Shown piece after piece: positions 47,378 through 55,983 of a DNA stretch of 60,212 nt (positions are counted from its first letter, which is position 1; each line of letters starts with the position of its first letter). Source of the DNA: Bacteroidales bacterium UBA1215 (GTDB taxonomy: Bacteria > Bacteroidota > Bacteroidia > Bacteroidales > WCHB1-69). The notes beneath the pieces were generated by a model. The model was not told the origin of the DNA, did no database searches, and saw only the letters and a list, made by a program, of their open reading frames with translations. The stretch is taken from positions 3,471 to 63,682 of the forward strand of contig DBXJ01000077.1 in assembly GCA_002309475.1 (NCBI GenBank), read 5' to 3'. The position numbers were made by a program, and so were the translations under genes.

Positions 47378-48943
47378 TTATTCGTTATTTTTTGGTGGAT
47401 AATCAATAGAATAATGCAAGCCTAAACTTTCTTTTCGTTTCATTGCCTCGCGAATAATCAAATAAGCGGTACAAATCATGTTTCTCAATTCACAAATCGG
47501 TTTAGTGACTTCAGAATGCTGATATAAATCTTCTGTTTCTCTATAAATAATATTCAATCTATCAAAAGCCCGTTGCAAGCGATGGTCGGAACGGACAATT
47601 CCTACATAATAACTCATCATGGCTTGCAATTCACGGACACTTTGTGTTACTAAAATCATTTCTTCGTTGGAAACTGTCCCTTCTGCATTCCAATCTTGAA
47701 TGCCTTCTTGGAAATCAATGTTTGGCAACAAGTTTGAAGAATGTTCGCATGCACGATGAGAAAATACCAATGCCTCCAACAAGGAATTTGATGCCAAACG
47801 ATTGGCACCATGCAAACCCGTAGAAGAGCATTCTCCCAAAGCATATAAATGATTGATGGAAGTTTTGCCCCACTTGTCCACCCAAATGCCTCCACAGGAA
47901 TAATGTGCTGCAGGAACCACCGGTATCATATCTTTTGTAGCATCAATACCTATTGACAAACATTTGCTATAGATATTGGGGAAATGATTGAAAAACACCG
48001 ATTTTTCCAGATGACGGGCATCTAAAAACACGTGACTTTCACCACTGATTTTTATTTCGTGGTCAACAGCTCTTGACACAATATCTCTCGGTGCCAAAGA
48101 ACCTCTTTCGTCATATTTTTTCATAAAAGCATTGCCATGCCAGTCTTTCAATTCTGCACCGGCACCTCTCAACGCCTCGGTGATTAAAAATGCGGGTCTC
48201 TCGTTGGGATTGTACAAAGTGGTGGGATGAAATTGAACAAATTCCATACCTCTTACTGCACCTTTTGCACGATGTACCATGGCCACGCCATCACCGGTGG
48301 CAACACGCGGATTGGTGGTATTGCCATAAATATTGCCAATTCCGCCTGTAGCAACAACGGTAATTTTTGCCAAAAATGTCTCTACCTTTTTGCTATGAGG
48401 ATTGTAAACATAAGCCCCATAGCAACAAATATCGGACGAATGCTTGGTAACTTTTACTCCCAAATGATGCTGGGTGATTAGTTCCACGGCAAAATAATTT
48501 TCCAATATCTCTATATTGGCATTTTCTTTTGCCTTTTGATATAATTTTTGTTCAATTTCTAATCCTGTTTCATCTTTATGGTGCAAAACTCTGAATTCTG
48601 AGTGCCCTCCTTCTCGGGCCAAATCAAATTTTCCCGTTCGATTTTTGTCAAAATCCACTCCCCACTCTACCAATTCTTTCACCCTTGCAGTGGATTCGGT
48701 AATGGTAATTCTCACTATTTCCGGATCTGACAACTCACAACCCGCTATCATGGTATCTTTGATATGCTTTGCGTAGGTATCGGGGTCGTACATAACCGCT
48801 GCGATACCGCCTTGAGCGTATTTTGTGGAAGTTTCTTCTGCATTGTCTTTTGCTATCATGCAAACTTTCCCGAATTTGCTTGCCTTCAATGCAAAACTCA
48901 ACCCAGCTACGCCTGTTCCTATAACCAAATAATCTACTTTCAT
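47378..48943 (-). CDS. nadB: L-aspartate oxidase
   Basis: 521 aa. DYLVIGTGVAGL FAD motif, ATGGIG, HYSCGG, GANRLASNSLLE. Confidence 0.9.
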   Translation of the reverse strand: MKVDYLVIGTGVAGLSFALKASKFGKVCMIAKDNAEETSTKYAQGGIAAVMYDPDTYAKHIKDTMIAGCELSDPEIVRITITESTARVKELVEWGVDFDKNRTGKFDLAREGGHSEFRVLHHKDETGLEIEQKLYQKAKENANIEILENYFAVELITQHHLGVKVTKHSSDICCYGAYVYNPHSKKVETFLAKITVVATGGIGNIYGNTTNPRVATGDGVAMVHRAKGAVRGMEFVQFHPTTLYNPNERPAFLITEALRGAGAELKDWHGNAFMKKYDERGSLAPRDIVSRAVDHEIKISGESHVFLDARHLEKSVFFNHFPNIYSKCLSIGIDATKDMIPVVPAAHYSCGGIWVDKWGKTSINHLYALGECSSTGLHGANRLASNSLLEALVFSHRACEHSSNLLPNIDFQEGIQDWNAEGTVSNEEMILVTQSVRELQAMMSYYVGIVRSDHRLQRAFDRLNIIYRETEDLYQHSEVTKPICELRNMICTAYLIIREAMKRKESLGLHYSIDYPPKNNE

Positions 48944-49003
48944 TTTCTTATCTTAACTGCATTTTCAATCAAAAATGCAAATTTTGTTAAACATTTCAAA
49001 CTG

Positions 49004-49011
49004 CAAAGGTA
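49004..49011 (-). promoter_or_regulatory. -7 box (TAccTTTG, minus) for nadB
   Basis: Plus strand caaaggta, ~60 nt upstream of ATG 48943. Confidence 0.4.
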
Positions 49012-49108
49012 GTAAAAAAATACGAATATCCGCTCATTTTTCTTCCATGCCGACTCGTCGTTTGACTGATTTTCCGTCCTACCTTCCTTTTGTTAACAAT
49101 AAAAATGA

Positions 49109-49116
49109 TATTTTTG
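49109..49116 (+). promoter_or_regulatory. -7 box (TAttTTTG) for the MATE gene; a second identical box lies at 49131-49138
   Basis: gatatttttgcaaattagttatcatatttttgcATG. The second box abuts ATG 49140, so either box 1 is used or the true start is Met16 (49185). Confidence 0.35.
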
Positions 49117-49139
49117 CAAATTAGTTATCATATTTTTGC

Positions 49140-50522
49140 ATGCAAACACACGACAACATCAAAAGAGATGAAAAATATCTCTTGATGACACAAACTGCAA
49201 TAAAGCCGTTAGTACTGAGAATGGCATTGCCAACCATTATCAGCATGATGGTGACAGCCTTGTACAATGTTGTAGATGCGGCATTTATCGGGCATTTGAG
49301 CACAGAAGCCACTGCCGGTGTAGGAGTTTCGTTTGCATACATGACTTTTATACAAGCCTTCGGATTTTATTTCGGGCACGGTTCAGGCAACTATATGTCA
49401 AGAGTTCTCGGTGCCCGACAATACCAAAACGCTGAACAGATGGCGGCTACAGGTTTTGGTTCTTCTTTTCTCATCGGACTCATGGCAAGCATATTGGGAT
49501 TGTGCTTTTTGCCGGCACTTTCGCAACTTTTGGGTGCCACACCGGATATAAAAGACTATTCTAACCAATATTTGACATACATTTTGATTGCCACTCCTTT
49601 TATGATGTCTTCTTTGACACTCAACAACCAACTCAGACTACAAGGGAGTGCACAATATGCTATGATAGGATTGGCATCCGGTGCCATTCTAAATATGATT
49701 TTAGACCCCATTTTCATTTTTGGCTTGCATTGGGGTGTTCGCGGGGCAGCTATTGCAACTGCTTGCAGTCAATTGTTTGCATGGTTGTTGTTACTGCGTG
49801 GCACACGATTAGACGGCAATGTTCACCTGCAATTCAAAAATTTCCAACCTACTTGGCATGCCTACAAGGAAATCACTCGTGGCGGTTTGCCGTCCTTGTG
49901 CCGACAAGGATTGATATGTTTTTCAACCATTTGCCTCAATCGTGCGGCTGCCTTCTATGCACAAACCGGCTTAGAAGCCTCTACCATTGCCGCCTTTGCC
50001 ATTGTTTCCCGTATTATGATGTTCGCCTTTGCCATTATCTTAGGTCTTGGACAAGGCTTCCAACCCGTATGCGGGTTCAACTATGGAGCTAAATTGTTTC
50101 ACAGGGTAAGAGCATCTTACTTGTTTACCATGACATTTTCCACCCTGCTCTTGTTGCTCATGAGTATATTCGGCTATATATTTGCTCCACAATTGATAGC
50201 CATATTTAGAGATGCAGATGCTGATTTAATAATTATCGGCACAAAGGTCCTGCGGTGGCAGTGTGCAGTATTTATTCTCAACGGACTAACCACCCCTACC
50301 AATATGTTATTGCAAACCACCGGCAAAGTGATACCGGCCACCTTTTTGTCTGCCTGCCGGCAAGGAATCTTTTTCCTGCTGGTGATATGCACCATTCCCC
50401 CACTATATGGTCTCAACGGACTGATTGCCACACAAGCAATTGCTGACATACTCACCTTCCTGACAGCAACACCCTTTGCTATTATTGCCGCCAAACGATT
50501 GAAAAACAATAAAGAATTATAA
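49140..50522 (+). CDS. MATE-family efflux transporter
   Basis: 460 aa, about 12 predicted hydrophobic segments, with N-terminal LALPTIISMMVTALYNVVDAAFIGH typical of MATE. Confidence 0.85.
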   Translation: MQTHDNIKRDEKYLLMTQTAIKPLVLRMALPTIISMMVTALYNVVDAAFIGHLSTEATAGVGVSFAYMTFIQAFGFYFGHGSGNYMSRVLGARQYQNAEQMAATGFGSSFLIGLMASILGLCFLPALSQLLGATPDIKDYSNQYLTYILIATPFMMSSLTLNNQLRLQGSAQYAMIGLASGAILNMILDPIFIFGLHWGVRGAAIATACSQLFAWLLLLRGTRLDGNVHLQFKNFQPTWHAYKEITRGGLPSLCRQGLICFSTICLNRAAAFYAQTGLEASTIAAFAIVSRIMMFAFAIILGLGQGFQPVCGFNYGAKLFHRVRASYLFTMTFSTLLLLLMSIFGYIFAPQLIAIFRDADADLIIIGTKVLRWQCAVFILNGLTTPTNMLLQTTGKVIPATFLSACRQGIFFLLVICTIPPLYGLNGLIATQAIADILTFLTATPFAIIAAKRLKNNKEL

Positions 50523-50659
50523 GACAAAATAACACTTCATTATTTGGACGTCCATGAGATAGAATAAAATTTAACTTCCTACATTTTTTTTAAGTTACAC
50601 AATTTCCCACTCAATCCTGCGTTATAAAAGTATATTAACTTTTTAAAATATATTCAAAT

Positions 50660-51124
50660 ATGAAAACTGTAAAAATAACAATTGAAGGCACATTAAAAAT
50701 CGTGTGCTACTGTACAGAAAAGGAAGATTTTTGGGACAATTATTATATGGCTTTTGGTTTTGGTAAAATTGATTCCATAAGTGCTACTATTGATGGCAAA
50801 CGCAAGGATATCCAAAATGAAATAGGAGAAGATACAATTGTTCGCAACCTGCTTCGCTCCCAATTTAATTCTCGCGAACAGGGTCTACCTGTAGAGGTCG
50901 GTGAAGACGAAGATCCCTCCGCTATAGTAAATTATGAAATTCAATTGAAAGATAATGAGGAGTTTGATCCTTCTAAACTCCACCTCCAAAAGTCCGTTAA
51001 GGAGTTTCCGCAATATCCGGTTTGGATTGAGGCCACATCAATTCTATACAAGCGTAAAAAGATTAATACGACATCACACCTTGGTGACTATGAAGGAGTT
51101 GAGCCGGAGTTTGAAGTCGATTAA
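50660..51124 (+). CDS. Hypothetical protein (island gene A), no signal peptide
   Basis: 154-aa ORF in an AT-rich island, followed by a strong terminator. Its C-terminal pattern is shared with island gene D (see findings). Confidence 0.6.
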   Translation: MKTVKITIEGTLKIVCYCTEKEDFWDNYYMAFGFGKIDSISATIDGKRKDIQNEIGEDTIVRNLLRSQFNSREQGLPVEVGEDEDPSAIVNYEIQLKDNEEFDPSKLHLQKSVKEFPQYPVWIEATSILYKRKKINTTSHLGDYEGVEPEFEVD

Positions 51125-51154
51125 ACTACTCTGAAAACACATCTTCATTAATAA

Positions 51155-51192
51155 ATAGGAGGTGAGTTAAATAATCACCTCCTATTTTTTTT
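51155..51192 (+). terminator. Rho-independent terminator of island gene A
   Basis: ATAGGAGGTGAgttaaataaTCACCTCCTATttttttt: an 11-bp perfect stem plus a T-run. Confidence 0.8.
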
Positions 51193-51354
51193 GTCAATTT
51201 CCCTATGACAACCAATATCCGATTTCATAGAAAACATAATTTGTTCCCTTTAAAATATACTAGTTTGTAAATAAGTTATCCAAGCGAGATGGATTGTACG
51301 AAATTGACACCGGATTTTTGGTATCATGAAAAAATTTTCCTATAGTAATTAATA

Positions 51355-52002
51355 CTATCTATCTAATTCTTTCATCCATTCTTCCAACTTATTTTCAATA
51401 TCACCTTTTTTCAACAAAGGTCTCTTACCTATTTTATTTCCTACAAATTTGTCAAAATCATACAAAAATCTATCTAAATCCTCAAATTGAACTCTATAAC
51501 CATGATAGCCATATTTCTCTATTTCATACAATTTATTGAGATAATCTATATAGATATCTATTAGTGTTCCATTATCTTTAACATTTTTGTAATTATCTAC
51601 AGGTTCAAAATCATAAGCAGCTCTAAAAGCTCGTTCATCTATAATTTGATACACACTCGGATTTAAAAACCGTAGATAAGTAGATGCCATAGGAAGCCCG
51701 ACACCTCCTGTTGAAAGAAGATCGGTTAACACATCTCTGGTCTTAGCCTCATCTAATTTTCTAAGTGATTTTAACTTATTGAGATTGTCCAAAGTTTCGT
51801 CCGTTATCTCCGAAGGGCGGTTTGTTTTCCATTCCCTTATTTGGTGAATATTTTCTCTCGTCAGGTCTTTTCCACGAAGACCATCTAACAAATTCGTTAT
51901 TTCTGGCAAATATCCAAATGGTACACTAATTTCTTTCCCGTCTTTCTCTATGCTATAGGAGGGACCACTCTTTTTTTGCGTTTGATTTAAATTTCGCTTC
52001 AT
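51355..52002 (-). CDS. Helix-hairpin-helix (HhH-GPD/OGG-fold-like) protein, putative DNA-glycosylase-like (island gene B2)
   Basis: 215 aa. LLSTGGVGLPMASTYLRFLNPSVYQIIDERAF: G100-V-G102 then Asp122, the same +20 spacing as GVG118 to D138 in E. coli endonuclease III. Position +2 is Pro, not Lys. There is no C-terminal Cys cluster. Confidence 0.5.
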   Translation of the reverse strand: MKRNLNQTQKKSGPSYSIEKDGKEISVPFGYLPEITNLLDGLRGKDLTRENIHQIREWKTNRPSEITDETLDNLNKLKSLRKLDEAKTRDVLTDLLSTGGVGLPMASTYLRFLNPSVYQIIDERAFRAAYDFEPVDNYKNVKDNGTLIDIYIDYLNKLYEIEKYGYHGYRVQFEDLDRFLYDFDKFVGNKIGKRPLLKKGDIENKLEEWMKELDR

Positions 52003-52080
52003 TTTTTAAAATTATTAATGGTAAATATATGCTTATTATTTGATTATTAAACTTTTATCTATTTTAGAGATGTCCGTATG

Positions 52081-53061
52081 TTAATCCCAAAAGTCATCAC
52101 GATATTCACCTTTATAGTATAGGTCTATCGCATAGCCATGTTGCAGACTTTCGATAAAATCTTTAGAAGATATATTGTGTGGTGATATCTTGACTGCTCC
52201 ACCTAATCTAAATTCAACTTCCTTCAAGGTGCTTGGAAATATAATCTTCTGCAATGCTGTACAACCTATAAATGCTTTTGAATCTATATGTTTCAAAGAC
52301 TCATCAAAAGAGATAGTTGTCAAAGATGTGCAATCCTGAAAAGCTTCGGAACGAATTTGAGTGATATGTTGAAAATCAACTTCTTCCAATTCCACATCTT
52401 CCGAAAAAGCATCTGAACGCAGAATATAACCACTATTCATTCCAATTATTTTTTCCTCTTTGTTGATTTTTTTCAACTTTACAATGTGATCTGTATTTTG
52501 CAATGGCATATTATCGACTTCTTTACGTTCAAAAATACTAGAAATTGATTTTGGCAACCAATCATGTTCGGAAAAACCATTATCAATTTCGCCACTCAAA
52601 AAGAGCCATTCTTTGACACTTATTTGCTCAAAAGTCTCAGGATGCTGTTTAAGAAATTTGACAACTCTTGCGTTTAACTCTTTGTGTTCCTCCAGAAATA
52701 CCGATGTTAATTCCGAATAATCCCGTCTGGGAACAACTATCCATGTCTGCCTTGTACCATATGAAAATTCCCGATCTGTAAGAGAAAACGAAAAAGGACA
52801 TGTTCGTTCACATACCATACCATCAATGGTATAATCCTTTAAATGAGTGTCAACTGTATCTTTATCAGCATGATAAGTAACACAATAATAACAGCGAATA
52901 CCATCAACAATGACATACTCATCCATATCGGCCATATCAATATAAATGGTATTGGCATCTTTACAATATACGTTGGCTGGAATTCGAGGTAGATAAAAAG
53001 CTCGTTTGCCAAACATGATTTTTATATACTTTTCCAACATGAGTGTATGTTTTTCTTTCAT
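52081..53061 (-). CDS. Cytoplasmic protein with C-terminal BspA-type leucine-rich repeats (island gene B1)
   Basis: 326 aa with no signal peptide. Residues ~212-285 carry about three LRR_5-like units (...IRSEAFQDCTSLTTISFDESLKHIDSKAFIGCTALQKIIFPSTLKEV). The N-terminal 200 aa are unassigned. Confidence 0.55.
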   Translation of the reverse strand: MKEKHTLMLEKYIKIMFGKRAFYLPRIPANVYCKDANTIYIDMADMDEYVIVDGIRCYYCVTYHADKDTVDTHLKDYTIDGMVCERTCPFSFSLTDREFSYGTRQTWIVVPRRDYSELTSVFLEEHKELNARVVKFLKQHPETFEQISVKEWLFLSGEIDNGFSEHDWLPKSISSIFERKEVDNMPLQNTDHIVKLKKINKEEKIIGMNSGYILRSDAFSEDVELEEVDFQHITQIRSEAFQDCTSLTTISFDESLKHIDSKAFIGCTALQKIIFPSTLKEVEFRLGGAVKISPHNISSKDFIESLQHGYAIDLYYKGEYRDDFWD

Positions 53062-53151
53062 AATGTTATTAACGATTCCCTACACATCGTGAGGTTTTTA
53101 TAGTAACTAAAGTTGTATTAAAACTACCAATTTTGGCTTTATTTTATTTTG

Positions 53152-53159
53152 CAAAAATA
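53152..53159 (-). promoter_or_regulatory. -7 box (TAttTTTG, minus) for the LRR/HhH gene pair
   Basis: Plus strand caaaaata, ~90 nt upstream of ATG 53061. Confidence 0.35.
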
Positions 53160-53433
53160 ATCAAATTTCTAATACCAATTTCTTTTTTCTATAATTTTTT
53201 TGTTGCCAATATATATATGATTATCAATTAGTTGTATTAAAAAAAATCTTTACATTGCTTTTTGTTCTTATAGTATTCCTTCTTTATTATTTGTACACTT
53301 TTTGGAAATTTTCTGCTTCTTCCATTTAATGATTAACGAATCTGACGAATAGTTTCCCAACAATATTGTTTTTTTTCTACCACATATATGTTATCACCCC
53401 AAAATAAACATCCGTCATCGCTTATTTCCGGTT

Positions 53434-53991
53434 TTATATTTTTTTATCATAAATAAAATTATGTACGCTATTCCAACTATCCGAATCCAACAACCCTAAG
53501 ACAGCATCATCTGAATATGGTAGGAAAAAAAACTTATCAAGATGGAATTTGTCATCCATTATTACGAAGGTCTGATACCTTCTTTTTTCAATGGTTTCTA
53601 TTAAAATATAACGACCTTCCGGAATGGACACTATAGGTTTGCTTAATTCATTCCCTAAAGCTATCCATTTTTTATTCTCATAAAAATCTTCCACTCCATA
53701 GAATTCGCACAATTCCATGCTTTCTTCCTCCTTATTATAAACATAATTTCCGTCTTCGTCTTTTACACTAATAAAGAAATCTATATCACACTCTTCCGGA
53801 AATGCCTGATCCATTATATATGCTATATTATCTGCCGTGTCTCTTAGTTTATATGCTTTTTTCTCCGTAATAGTGTTAATTTTTTCATTTGAAGGAATGG
53901 GAATAAGACAAATTTCACGGGCACCTTTAGTATATACTTCTACAGTAAACTTTGAAAGACCTTTACTATCTTTTTTACTTTGTTTTATCAT
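53434..53991 (-). CDS. Hypothetical protein (island gene D), no signal peptide
   Basis: 185-aa ORF. It ends ...NFIYDKKI* inside an A7 run, and the -1 frame stays open for a further 35 codons (see findings). Confidence 0.55.
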   Translation of the reverse strand: MIKQSKKDSKGLSKFTVEVYTKGAREICLIPIPSNEKINTITEKKAYKLRDTADNIAYIMDQAFPEECDIDFFISVKDEDGNYVYNKEEESMELCEFYGVEDFYENKKWIALGNELSKPIVSIPEGRYILIETIEKRRYQTFVIMDDKFHLDKFFFLPYSDDAVLGLLDSDSWNSVHNFIYDKKI

Positions 53992-54123
53992 TTTGAATTC
54001 ATTTAAAATTTTCGCCTACTCTCTTATGGATTTTCAACTTCTTCCGTTTATGTTATTCTACTTTTTATCAATTCTATATGTTAAAAACTAATTCTATTGC
54101 CATTAATAGTATTAATGATGTTA

Positions 54124-54131
54124 CAAATATA
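54124..54131 (-). promoter_or_regulatory. -7 box (TAtaTTTG, minus) upstream of island gene D
   Basis: Plus strand caaatata, ~130 nt upstream of ATG 53991. Confidence 0.3.
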
Positions 54132-54209
54132 TAACAAAAAAACATAAAAAATTAAATAAAGACATTTTTTACTCCAACATTGAACTTATACTTGTTATAA
54201 AAAAAATGA

Positions 54210-54234
54210 AATTATTGATTTTATATCAATAATT
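54210..54234. promoter_or_regulatory. Perfect 10-bp inverted repeat overlapping the -33 region of the ftsE promoter (operator candidate)
   Basis: AATTATTGATtttatATCAATAATT, ending 5 nt before the -7 box. Confidence 0.3.
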
Positions 54235-54239
54235 TTTCG

Positions 54240-54247
54240 TACCTTTG
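54240..54247 (+). promoter_or_regulatory. -7 box (TAccTTTG) for ftsE
   Basis: cgtacctttgcaag. This places the TTG start used by the ORF track inside the promoter, so ATG 54266 is preferred. Confidence 0.45.
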
Positions 54248-54265
54248 CAAGATATATTTTTAGCA

Positions 54266-55066
54266 ATGGAATTAGAAAACACTCCGAATCAAGAACAAGA
54301 AAACAATCAAGAAGTTGTTGCACAAGCAAGCGAACAAGCGGAAACTGTTGAAGCAACAGACCAAGCAGTTGCAAAAGAAAATACTGCCACCGGCAACGAA
54401 GCCAATCAACCGGTTATTTATATTTCACATGCCGACATCTATCAAGGCAAGAATTTAATCCTCAACGATATCAATCTCACCGTCAATCGAGGAGAATTTG
54501 TATATGTGATTGGCAAGACAGGTTCCGGCAAAAGCAACCTGTTGAAACTGCTCTATGGCGATGTTCCCGCTGTCAATGGAGAAGTACAGGTCGCCGGCTT
54601 CAACCTTCGTGCCATCAAATCAAAACATATTCAAAAACTTCGTAGAAAATTAGGCATTGTTTTCCAAGATTTTCAAATTCTACAAGATAGAAATGTATAC
54701 GAAAATTTGAAATTTATCACCAAGGTGACTGGTTGGAAAGACAAGGTTGCACGTGATGAACGTATAGAAGACATTCTCACCATGGTGGGATTAAAAACCA
54801 AGGGCTACAAAATGCCCCACCAACTTTCCGGCGGAGAATTGCAAAGGGTCTGCATAGCACGTGCCTTGATCAACAATCCTGAAATTATTTTGGCAGACGA
54901 ACCAACCGGCAACCTTGACCCGGACACCTCCTACGACATTTTTGCCTTGTTTAGAGATATTGCCAAACAAGGCACCTCCGTTCTTGTTGCCACTCACGAT
55001 TATCTAATTATCAACCAAATACCATCTCGTGTTGTTAAAATCGAAGATGGAAAAGTATTTGAATAA
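54266..55066 (+). CDS. ftsE: Cell-division ABC ATPase FtsE-like, with a ~50-aa acidic low-complexity N-terminal extension
   Basis: Walker A GKTGSGKS, signature LSGGELQRV, Walker [12 protein letters not shown]. The N-terminus is [48 protein letters not shown]. No ftsX lies adjacent. Confidence 0.7.
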   Translation: MELENTPNQEQENNQEVVAQASEQAETVEATDQAVAKENTATGNEANQPVIYISHADIYQGKNLILNDINLTVNRGEFVYVIGKTGSGKSNLLKLLYGDVPAVNGEVQVAGFNLRAIKSKHIQKLRRKLGIVFQDFQILQDRNVYENLKFITKVTGWKDKVARDERIEDILTMVGLKTKGYKMPHQLSGGELQRVCIARALINNPEIILADEPTGNLDPDTSYDIFALFRDIAKQGTSVLVATHDYLIINQIPSRVVKIEDGKVFE

Positions 55067-55068
55067 AC

Positions 55069-55983
55069 ATGTTGTCAATCCTTATTCCTGTCTATAATTG
55101 GGACGTTAGAAGTTTAGTGGCAGAACTCCACAAACAGGCTACCAACTTAGGCATAGCATTTGAAATTCTCCTTTTGGACGATGCCTCCACCGATGAACGC
55201 ATCAAAGAATTCAACCAAGAATTGAAATTACTAGACAATGTTACTTTGCGGGCATTGCCCTCCAATGCAGGTCGTGCCGTTTCCAGAAATCTATTGGCAC
55301 GCGCTGCCAAATACAAGCACTTGCTGTTTATGGATTGTGATAGTGAACCTGTAGACGGAAAATTTTTAGAACGCTATATTCCTTTCTGCCAACAAAATCC
55401 TGTGGTGGTGTATGGCGGCATACAATATAAGAAAATAAAAGTAAAACCGGCTTATAAACTTCGCTGGACTTATGGCATCGTTTGTGAAGAACGCCCTGCC
55501 AAAGAAAGACGCAAGCAACCCAACTCTCAATTCCACACCTTCAATTTCTTGATTTCAAAGGATTTATTTATGTCAATTCAATTCAATGAAATGCTGAAAC
55601 ACTACGGACACGAAGACACCCTTTTCGGCATAGAATTGACAAAAAAAGGTATTACCGTGCAACATATTGACAATCCGCTTTATCATTTGGATATCAATGA
55701 CAACCAGCAATACATTCAAAAAACACGCTATGGCGTTGAAAATTTGCGTATTCTCCTCAATCAATACGAAGACAAACCTTTGTTGACCAAAGAAATTCGT
55801 TTGTTGAAATACTACCATGTGTTAGAAAAAACAAAAATGGTATGGGTAGGCAGTATGTTTTATCATACTTTCAATCAGTTAATGCTTAAAAATTTCAATG
55901 GTTCACACCCTAATCTCACACTTTTCAATCTCTATAAACTCAGTTATCTTTCCAGTTTGAAATTTCAAAAAGAAGCACTATAA
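55069..55983 (+). CDS. Family 2 glycosyltransferase
   Basis: 304 aa. LSILIPVYNW...LLDDASTDE...FMDCDS (DxD-type) pattern. Confidence 0.8.
   Translation: MLSILIPVYNWDVRSLVAELHKQATNLGIAFEILLLDDASTDERIKEFNQELKLLDNVTLRALPSNAGRAVSRNLLARAAKYKHLLFMDCDSEPVDGKFLERYIPFCQQNPVVVYGGIQYKKIKVKPAYKLRWTYGIVCEERPAKERRKQPNSQFHTFNFLISKDLFMSIQFNEMLKHYGHEDTLFGIELTKKGITVQHIDNPLYHLDINDNQQYIQKTRYGVENLRILLNQYEDKPLLTKEIRLLKYYHVLEKTKMVWVGSMFYHTFNQLMLKNFNGSHPNLTLFNLYKLSYLSSLKFQKEAL

Noticed and set aside
51157-51165. A perfect Shine-Dalgarno-like AGGAGGTGA downstream of island gene A.
   Set aside because: It is one arm of the 11-bp terminator stem (its complement follows 9 nt later), and no ORF starts after it.
50523-54240. 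Calling the AT-rich island a mobile element or prophage remnant.
   Set aside because: I saw no integrase, transposase, relaxase or phage structural genes, no tRNA target and no flanking direct or inverted repeats. The island is therefore reported only as a compositional island.
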